From Octopus sinensis (lineage: Eukaryota): a stretch of 64,000 bases of DNA. The stretch is from NCBI RefSeq assembly GCF_006345805.1, contig NW_021830451.1:1-64000 (forward strand), in the 5' to 3' direction. Shown in pieces: positions 53,893-64,000 of the stretch (positions within the stretch are counted from its first letter, which is position 1; every line of letters starts with the position of its first letter). The notes below the pieces were generated by a model. That model did not search any database. It saw only the letters and a program-made list of their open reading frames with translations, and was not told the DNA's origin. The position numbers were made by a program, and so were the translations under genes.

Positions 53893-56400
53893 GACGGACC
53901 GCAGTGGCCATGTGCACTACAATTCCAAAGAAATGAGGTCAGTGTTCCGGCAGCGTTTCACCGACTTGTTTTCGAGGAGTGGCATTCTCGACACAGCGAG
54001 TTTTGAGGCTTACCTCGAGGGTATGACGACCCTATCGAGTGATGCAAGAAGCTGATTTCAGTGGAGGAAGTGGACGATGTACTGGACCGCTGTGGGGCGC
54101 GCAAACTGCCATGAGTGGATGGTCTGCCCTGTGAATTATATGCCCTCATATCTGACTTGTTTTGTCCAGTTTTAGCAGCTGTCTACTGCTCCTGGCGAAC
54201 ACAGAGGAAGCATTCCCAGTCGTGTGAGCTGGAGAGTGGTGACGCTGCTGGGAAAGGATCCGAACAAGGGGGATGTGATTGAAAACTTCAGCCCCGTAAC
54301 TCTATTTAACACTGAGTTAAAGAATTTACCTAAGGCGCTCGCCAAGAGGCTGTCGCTAGTTGTTGGTAGTAGAGTCGGGGATTCACAATCTTGTGCAATA
54401 TCCGGTAGATCTATCCACGACAATCTCTACCTTGTGCGATACATCGTAGAACGGGTCGGGAATAGATCGGGCTTTGGAGGAGCACTGGTAAATTTGAACC
54501 AGCTTAAAGCTGTTGACATGGTAGACCATCTGGTGTCTGTCCTAAATGCTGTTGGTTTAGGTCCTGTCTTCAGAGGCTGAATCAACATAATATATAATAA
54601 CATCTGCTCGGTTGTCAAAATGAATGGCCACCTCTCAGAACATTTCAGTATCGAACGCTTGGTACACCAAAGATATCTCCTCTCCCTACTTTTATATTTT
54701 TAGCGTTAGAACCCTTGCTGCGAAGTGTGGAGGTTTTGAGGGGTATCCCGCTGGAACTATGTCTTAGCAGATCTATGTTTGCATACGCGGACGACGTCAC
54801 TGTCGGACTCTTCGGACATAGTAAAGATCGACACTATACTGAAAGAATACCAGGAATGCACAGTAGTTCTCATAACCAGGACAAGTCAATAGGTCTACAA
54901 CTAGGTTCCTGGAGAGGCAAGTCGACTGGCAGCGATTTCAGTCACTAGACGTAGGGTCCGGTGAAAGTGCTCAGAGTCTGGTTCGGACCAGATCTCCAGA
55001 TAGGAACTGGAAAGTGGCCCTGACTAGGGTAGACAAGTTTACACAGAAATGGGCAGAAAGGAAGCTATTTCTGAAAGGCCGAGCGGAAGTAGCGAATGCA
55101 TATATTGCCTCCGTAATGTGCTACCGCCTAGCCGCCGTACCTTGTTCTAAGAACACCCTGAGCAGTGTGTAGCGCTTGTTTTTCTGATTCTTGTGGAAGG
55201 GTCAGGTTCCACTGGTACGAAAATGTATCTATTGTCAACACCCACACCTTGGTGGTCATGAGATGCCATCCTTAATAATGCGGCGCCACGCTTTACGGTT
55301 GTCACACCTACAGAAATATCTAAATCACTGAGATGATGTGGACGACCACGAATACGACGACGCCAAACATAAGTGTGAACAGGAGTGGGGGTCTTTCGTG
55401 CGACACGTCTTTTCGCAGTTCATGTCATTGATAGAGCTGTAGTCATGGGTCAAACGTAGACGAAGGTTGTGCGTTTGACATCTAGAATGTTACCAGGCGC
55501 TCCACTGCACCGTATCACTTGCAACAAACCGTTAGCGGGAAAACAACCCAAGATTTCTATAGGGGGCTAGTTGGGGGTATGAGTGATGATGACCTAGGAC
55601 TGAATCTAGGCATCGACGAGAACAGTTTGAGTAGTCTTCTTCCATAGGACATTCGAGTCGAAGATCATGGACAATTTCCAAAAGTCTTTGGTTTGGCAGT
55701 TCTACAGAGGGGCATTTCTCGTTCGCGACAAGCTCTTCAGGCATGGCAGTGCCAACAGTCGAACCTGCCCGTGATGCTTGCTGCGGAGATGAAACCCTCA
55801 TGCATTCAGTGTCCGTGCATTAGAGATTTGTGGGATTGTGTGGAGCAGCTGTTGTTGCATGTAAGATGAATTCAACTGTATGCCGTGTGCTTAGTGAAAA
55901 TCGGCACACTACCTTCCCTTAGCAGAGAAGGAAGGCAGATCTTCCTCTGCTTAGTGGCTGTGGCAAAAGAGTTTATGTGGTGGACCCGTCTGAAAGGTTT
56001 TAAGACTGGCAAGTTCCTCTCTGGTCAAGCCCTCATCCATTTCTTCAAATACCATTTGAAGATGAAGGTGAGGGTACAGAGGGAGATGCTGTCTTCTATT
56101 GTGTTTATCAAGAGGTTGTCGATAGTAGCAGGATTGGTGAGACTGAATGGATCTACTCTGAATATGGTTTTCTAAGCAGGAGGAAAGAAACTGGAAGAGA
56201 GCACTTTCGCATGCCTTGGAGATGGCAGAGTAAACCGGGAATTTAGGGTGGGGTTTACCCCGGATTACTCTAAGCGGACTGCCCTACTATTAATGATTCT
56301 GTTTATTAATTTTAATGATTTATTTCTCTACATTTTATTACATATCCTCTGTTATATCATTTAATGCGGTAGTATCCCCTGCTTGATTGATGTTAACCCC
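53891..56400 (+). mobile_element. L1/Tx1-clade non-LTR retrotransposon, 5'-truncated decayed ORF2 (RT plus C-terminal domain) and 3' UTR
   Basis: DGLPCELY, VVTLLGK..ENFSPVTLFNTELK.L.KALAKRL, GRSIHDNL, KAVDMVDH, AYADDVTV and a C-terminal Cys/His remnant; many stops and frameshifts. Confidence 0.9.
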
Positions 56401-56537
56401 ACAGGCTTTCATGTTTTTTTGCAGTTTTTTCAGCACTGGGTCAATGTCATTGACTTCACCACTTCTGATAAAATTGTTGTCTCTGCGCCTATATTAGAAA
56501 GAATAATAGTAATAATGATATTTATAATAATAATATT

Positions 56538-56568
<31 letters not shown>

Positions 56569-56583
56569 TAATAATAATAATAA

Positions 56584-56614
<31 letters not shown>

Positions 56615-56634
56615 AATTATTATTATTGTTGTTG

Positions 56635-56671
<37 letters not shown>

Positions 56672-56697
56672 ATTATTATTATTATATGAGTAGTAGT

Positions 56698-56730
<33 letters not shown>

Positions 56731-56749
56731 AAGTAGTAGTAGAATTAAA

Positions 56750-57046
56750 GCTGGCAAAAGGCGAACTGGCTGAGTCGTTAGCACGCAAGGACAAAATGCT
56801 TTGCCGCATTTTGCCCGTAATTACGTTCAGATTTAGGGTAGATAAAATGGGTACTAGTCTGGTACTAGGGTGGTTAGAATCGACTAGCCCCACTCCCAAA
56901 TATCGTGTCCAACATTGACACAAGGCCTGGAACTTTGGGGATGGAGTCGATTACATCGACCCCAATACTTAACCGGTACGTACTTTATCGACCCTTAAAC
57001 GATGAAGGATAAAAATCTACTTCGGCCGAATTTGAACTCAGAACGT
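56750..57046. mobile_element. Diverged SINE-A fragments in both orientations after compound microsatellites
   Basis: ggcgaactggctgagtcgttagcacg (+); gtcgattacatcgaccccaatact...gaatttgaactcagaacg (-). Confidence 0.65.
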
Positions 57047-57825
57047 AGTGTTGATAACGCTTTGATAAATACATGAGTTTTGTTTCATAAAAAAGATTTT
57101 TTTTAAATTTTGATTTTTAGTTTCAGCTCATGAGCTGTGGCCATGCTGGGGCACCGCCATATTGCTGGGGCACCGCCATATTTCATGGATTATGCAGTGA
57201 ATATTTGATAATGATGTAATTCTTCCATAGTTACCTACTAGAGGTCGCTTTGAGAGAATATTATCTCTACGAGTTTCCTAACAGCATTGTCGCGGTGGAA
57301 AAACTGAAGTATGAACCTAAGATATTTCAAATCATTTTCAAACAAATTATCGACTCAACGAACGGTGGCTTTTCGAGGTCCTCAGCTGTTCCGTTTTCTA
57401 ATTTAACAATTAACCTCCCTGAATACACAAACTTAATAAAAACAAAAAAAAAAGCTAATATAATTCGTCTCTGTTAAATTACATAAGATTAGATTAGTTG
57501 CAGAATCTTTCAGTTAATCCTATAATTAAGCATAAACTTCAAACAAACAATTACTTCTGTCATTATCGTTAACAAAAACTGTTTAAAATATGTGAACAAA
57601 ATAATAACTAAATAAATTATTATTTCTAGAATTATAAGAAAATGTAATTAGACTGAAAAAAGAAAATAACGATGGAAAGGATATGCTATTTCAATTAAGT
57701 AGATCGCGCGTCGTACATACCTTCGTATGACATATATTGAGAATCACTAACGAAATTTAATCAAACGTTCATTTTGTGGGTATATGTGCGTGTACATGCA
57801 CATGTACACACACACACACACACAA

Positions 57826-57877
<52 letters not shown>

Positions 57878-58008
57878 TACATTATATCGCTTTTAAAGTT
57901 ATCTCTGCAGATATTCTGTAGAATTTAGGGCCAGCACTGAAGTTGACAACGTTTCGTATACGAACACTCTAGGTATACAATGCGATCGAAGATAGAAAAA
58001 TAGGTAAT

Positions 58009-58080
<72 letters not shown>

Positions 58081-58289
58081 TATAGTTAATCCAAACAAGA
58101 AAACACAAAAAAAAATACAGCAACGCGAGGACGTGGAACAAATAAAGTATTATTGGACGCTCAGGAAAGAAGGGAAGAAGGAGGGTTTAACGTTTCGAGC
58201 GGAGCTCTTCGTTGGAAAAAAAAGGAGAAGGAAAGATCCCGAGAAGGGAAGACAGAGGAAAAAAATTGCTGGCGTGTGCTCGAGGTCAC

Positions 58290-58341
<52 letters not shown>

Positions 58342-58459
58342 ACAATCAAGGAAACGGCCATAATGGCCATTCACCCACTAGAATAACAGCCAAAGCTTCA
58401 CCGCAATAAAAATCAATTCCGTAAACAGGAGAAAATTTAAAAAACATTTACCCTGTAAT

Positions 58460-58561
58460 TTCTTACACGATGCACCGTTTCATCGCTGTTTAATGGTAAA
58501 CTAACCTGATTAAATTAAATCAAGCCAATCTTCCATAGGCCCTCAGATTCTTCAGTAAGAA
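58460..58561 (-). ncRNA. Hammerhead motif, unit 1 (cleavage site reads UG)
   Basis: UUCUUA-CUGAAGA-AUC...GAU-GAAA-CGG(UGCA)UCG-UG-UAAGAA. Confidence 0.6.
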
Positions 58562-58942
58562 ATACCCAAGTCGGAACAGATATTTTCACGAGGCATTTCC
58601 AACCCTGCCAAGGTAATATCTGACCTAAAATTTTCAAATCATCGCACTCGCGCAAATTATCGGCAGCAAAAATATAAGCCGTCGATTCCATTACGGAATT
58701 AACCAGAAAATTCATAATTAATCATATAGTGTGGGCAAAAAAAAAAAATTTTTAGAATTTTTTTGCCACCAGCGGCCTAGTGGGAAAAAATTAATAGTCA
58801 TAGACCATTTTTAAGTTCAACATCAACATACAAGGAACGGCCATAAAGGCCATTCACCCACAGAAATAACAGCCAAAGCTTCAACCGCAAATAAAAATCA
58901 ATTCCGTAAACAGGAGAAAATTTAAAAAACATTTACCCGTAA

Positions 58943-59044
58943 TTCTTATACGATGCACGTTTCATCTGCTGTTTAATGTATAAAATAACCTGATTAAATT
59001 AAATTAAGCAATCTTCCATAGGCCCTCAGATTCTTCAGTAAGAA
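58943..59044 (-). ncRNA. Type I hammerhead ribozyme, unit 2
   Basis: UUCUUA-CUGAAGA-AUCUG...CAGAU-GAAA-CG(UGCAU)CG-UA-UAAGAA. Confidence 0.75.
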
Positions 59045-59411
59045 ATAGCCAAGTCGGAACAGATATTTCACGAGGCATTTCAACCCTGCCAAGGTAAATC
59101 TGACCCTAATTTTCAAATCATCGCACTCGCGCCAAATTATCGGCAGCAATAATATAAGCCGTCGATTCCATTACGGACCAGAAAATCATAATTAATCATA
59201 TAGGGTGGCAAAAAAATTTTGTAGAATTTTGCCACAGCTTGAAGCTTTGGCTGTTATTTCTAGTGGGTGAATGGCCTATTATGGCCGTTCCTTGATTGTT
59301 GATGTTGAACTTAAAAATGGTCTATGACTATATTTATTTTTTCCCACTAGGCCGCTGGTGGCAAAAAAATTCTACACAAATTTTTTTTTTTTGCCACCCT
59401 ATATTGATTAA

Positions 59412-59446
<35 letters not shown>

Positions 59447-59897
59447 AATATAATATATATATATATGCTATTTCAGCATTGAATGCTTCTTCTTGTTCGT
59501 ACCAATCCAACCCATTGAACGCAGCGAATACGAAGACATTGCTTAAATAGTCACTAAATTTAGTGTGTAACACAAATGGATAGACTAATTTACATATTAA
59601 AACATTCCTGGTAATTGACACATACAAAATTAATGCTGATAGGGACACCCTACATTATGCAAAAGAAATATATATTACATACATGCATATATATACATAC
59701 ATATACATACATGCATGCATAATTACACACACACACATACACACACATGTATATATACATATATTTAACAAGCATAACAGAGTGACTCAATGTCCGAAAG
59801 TTTCTTGCGTTAGGATCTATTAAATCTAGTACTTATGAAACATTTTGTTACTTCAGCTAAATATTAATAAAATCATGTCTTATGTACATATATACAT

Positions 59898-60011
<114 letters not shown>

Positions 60012-60085
60012 CTATATATACATATATATACATATATATATATATACATATATATACATATATATACATATATACATATATATAC

Positions 60086-60120
<35 letters not shown>

Positions 60121-60182
60121 TATATATATATATATTTATATATATAATATATACATATATAATATATATATTTATATATATT

Positions 60183-60243
<61 letters not shown>

Positions 60244-60398
60244 TGTATATATCACGTGATCACGTGACCGACCAGACCATCAGGTGTTTTTACACATCGC
60301 TGGTCACAATGCGTTTCGCATTGTTTTAGCCTTTGAATGACTCCCCCCGCTGGCTAAGCGAGCAGGCCAATGGTGTATGTATATATAATATATATATA

Positions 60399-60439
<41 letters not shown>

Positions 60440-60554
60440 GTATACAATATATATACCTTGTCTGATTTTCACGTTTTATTTACAATCTTATGATGATATA
60501 AGATAATATAATATAATAAAATAAAATAATAGAATGTTAAATGTTCATTCTGAT

Positions 60555-60599
60555 TGAACTAGTACTTTCATGCATTAAATTCTGCAATCTTCAGGTTCA
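60555..60599 (-). ncRNA. Minimal type I hammerhead ribozyme
   Basis: UGAAC-CUGAAGA-U-UGCA(GAAUUUAA)UGCA-U-GAAA-GUAC-UA-GUUCA; stem III is the palindrome GUAC. Confidence 0.7.
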
Positions 60600-60638
60600 T
60601 GTAGTAGTGGTGACAGTCATGATTCACTATTTTTGACT

Positions 60639-61451
60639 GTAGTTCGAGAGGGAAGCATGCATCTTAAACTATTAGGAATAGCAAAAGTGAAACAAAATTA
60701 ATATATTCTTCTATACATATATATGTATGTATGTATATATATATATATATATAATATATAAATATATATAATTTTTAATCATATAAAGGATACACGAGGA
60801 TTCATTTTGAATATTTACCCATTCATGTATGTAAATATATATATAAATGTTAAATTTCCTTCTAAAGGTAAATATAATACATTTTTTGAATTCCTTTGGT
60901 GTGAGGCAAACAGGGTTTACGTTGTAGCTTCGCGATTGTAGCGACGTGTTTGTTTATTTTTAGAATGACATTGTACGTAACGTGTGAGAGGTGAGAACTG
61001 TTGCTTTTAAACGTCTAACACAGGAAATATTTGAGTTGGATTTGGCCGGTTGACATGCTGAAGGGCAAAACAAGGATATATTTGACAATGTTGTCCCTGC
61101 CATATTAAAAAAAATATATATAACAAAACCAAAAGAAAAACACAGGTATTTCAGATGCTCGTGGCTGTAAGAGCTTTGATCAAAAGTCTGCTCGATCCGG
61201 GGGTGACCTCGAACTAAACACCAATCGCAAAACAACAGCAGAAATGGCACCAGAAAATCTAAATGCTTTAGATGTAGATACACAATACACGCCTGAGTGC
61301 TACGTTGCGCCTTATGTAATCTTCTCAAAACCTTCACTACGGAATAATTTATTTGAATAGCGAGTCAGTTTATTGGAAGTGAAGTAATAAGCATGTGTAG
61401 AAAAGAGCTAATCTATAAGAATAAACGCCGCGTATATGCAGAAGACATTCA

Positions 61452-61511
<60 letters not shown>

Positions 61512-61988
61512 ATATGTGTGTATATGTATGTATGTATGTATGTATGTATATGGGAATTGAGAATGTTTGTGTGGGTTTGTTCATGTACGCAAACACACTC
61601 GTGCATACTTTCATGTAATTACTATTGCACGTATGCATACGAAGATAACATCACAACTTACAAATTCGATCCATTAGCAGAAGCATAAAACTGTGTTAAG
61701 CTCTTTTATATATTCCTCCTTTGATTTATCCGGGTTTTTGTTGTATGAATGTTAACAAAGGAAGTTTTTTTTTTTCTTTCTTTCTAAGCTGCGGAGTTTC
61801 ACTCACTTATCAAATAGAAAGGCAAATAGTGAGATAAATATTAATGTGTGAAAGAAAACACAGAGCGGACGCGTACATGTTTGTCTGTTTGTCACATAGA
61901 TATACGCACAATACATTTAAACACACCTCCACCACACACATCCGTACGTATACACACACACACATATATATATCTTTACATACTCATG

Positions 61989-62021
<33 letters not shown>

Positions 62022-62271
62022 CATATACATATATATATACATATATATATATACATACATACATATATATACATACATACAATATATATATATATATTTA
62101 TATATATATATATGTATATATATATTATATATTTATATATATGTATATATTATATATATATATGTCTATATATATATATATCTATATTATATATATATAG
62201 TAATATATCTATATATATATCACATATATATATGCATGTATATATAAATAATATGATGTATATATATGTAT

Positions 62272-62344
<73 letters not shown>

Positions 62345-62971
62345 GCATATATATATGTATATATATATAATATATGTAATATACACACACACATACACAA
62401 ACACACCACGCACACGCACGCACACACACGCACGCATACACACACATACACACGCGCACACATATATGTATATACGTATGCACACACATATATTTACGCA
62501 GATTGTAAGTAACACACTTAGAATGCAGGCATTTGCATCGCAGGTTTTTGTCACACTTTTAAAAAATCTTTCCCTGATTAAACGATGCAATTGATCCGAA
62601 GATAGAAGAAGAAAAATAATACCTGAGCTGTGATAATCATTGCACATGTCCCCATGACGGTGAAAATTCACGGATCACTTATTGCAAACGCCATTTAGAG
62701 TATCAAACTTTTGCTATTAATCACCACAAGAAAACAAGCAGAAACAAATTGACCTTTTCCTCAACTTTCTTTTACCGCACCTAAAAAGGTCATTAGAGGC
62801 AGTTATTTTCTCAGCATGTGCATATTTGAAATACTAAATACTTGACATATATTGAAGAAAGAGAGCAGAAACTTCTATATTTTGTTTGGGATTTTAAAGA
62901 TTTGCTTTAGAGTTTTGTTTCACTTTTGCTATTCCTAATAGTTTAAGATGCATGCTTCCCTCTCGAACTAC
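60639..62971. repeat. Perfect 59-bp inverted repeat pair (60639-60697 and 62913-62971)
   Basis: gtagttcgagagggaagcatgcatcttaaactattaggaatagcaaaagtgaaacaaaa and its exact reverse complement. Confidence 0.9.
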
Positions 62972-63609
62972 CGCCTTTAAATATATCAAGCAAGCATAGC
63001 TGTGTCATTACAACTTAAACTCTATAATATTTGTTGTTCTTGCCTTCTTCTTGTTTTCCCTGGAATGCACTTATCCTTGTTTAAGGTTTTATAGTTTTTT
63101 TTCATTTTGTTGTGTTTTACATGTATATTTCTATTTTGTTCTCGAAGTTGTAGTAGGTTTTGATCCGGGGAAAAGAGTTTTACGTAGAAAGAATATCGGG
63201 AAGATTTATTAGAAGTATGTGTGTGTCAACTGTGATTAGAACATTGAATGTATGTATGTATGTACGTATGTATATATGCATGCATGTATGTATCTGTCTA
63301 TTTACCAATCTATCTATCAGTCAGTCTATCCTCTTTTCACTCTTTCTCTCTCTATATATATACATATATATACTACACACACACACAAACATATATATCA
63401 ATACAGTGACACATACAAATATCTATACCTATATATAAACGTCTGTATAGAAGTATAATGTGTGAGATGAAACGGATGAAAGTAAAAAAGAATAAAAGAG
63501 AGCGAGACTGTGGATGTATGTATGTCTGTTGTATGATATACATACACATACCGTATATATACTATATATACTATATATATATATATATTTATATAGATAT
63601 ATAACCGGG

Positions 63610-63820
63610 ATAAGCTTATGAAAATAAAACAAAAGACGAAGGCAGGTGAAATACAAACAAACAATTGTATTAGTATGGCGCTCAGGAATATAATAAAACA
63701 AGTCTTTTACGTTTCGAGTCTACGCTCTTCAACAGAAAGATACACAGGAAAGGAACTCAGAAAGAAAACAAGGAGAGAAAAAAAAGCGTGCAGAGGCTAG
63801 CGAATCAACATGGCGATCTA
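63610..63820 (-). repeat. Repeat with a minimal HHR variant at 63703-63740
   Basis: Minus: UCUUU-CUGUUGA-A-GAG(CGUAGA)CUC-GAAA-CG-UA-AAAGA. Confidence 0.75.
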
Positions 63821-63894
63821 TATATACTATGTATGTGTGTCTATAATTATATAATGTATATATATATATATATATGTATAATATATTATATATG

Positions 63895-63969
<75 letters not shown>

Positions 63970-64000
63970 TATATAATATATATATATATATATTTATTAT

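Larger units (their letters stand above)
58338..59410 (-). repeat. Two tandem ~484-bp HHR-bearing units plus an inverted partial copy
   Basis: Units start near 58338 and 58822; 59239-59410 is the reverse complement of the unit junction; flanked by (TA)n. Confidence 0.9.

Noticed and set aside
57231-57308. Plus-strand exon candidate (YLLEVALREYYLYEFPNSIVAVEKL)
   Set aside because: Splice-like ends only; no recognisable homology or partner exons.

Overview
AT-rich, repeat-dominated eukaryotic DNA, intronic or intergenic. The SINE families and (TA)n/(CA)n/(ATAG)n/(AAT)n microsatellites look like those of an Octopus (coleoid cephalopod) genome; this is recognition, not a database result. No intact protein-coding gene can be supported, and most listed ORFs are translated microsatellites. 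Recognisable content: many tRNA-derived SINEs (some with target-site duplications), decayed Tc1/mariner elements, a decayed L1/Tx1-clade LINE, an RTE 3' end, a Penelope-like (GIY-YIG) 3' end, a ~130-bp 28S rRNA fragment, and a possible terminal exon on the minus strand. The most striking signal is a high density of type I hammerhead ribozyme (HHR) motifs from several unrelated non-coding repeat families. They include two retrozyme-like tandem arrays (459-bp and ~484-bp units, one HHR per unit), HHR-bearing inverted repeats, and a recurring minimal HHR variant with a CUG-U-N-GA core.
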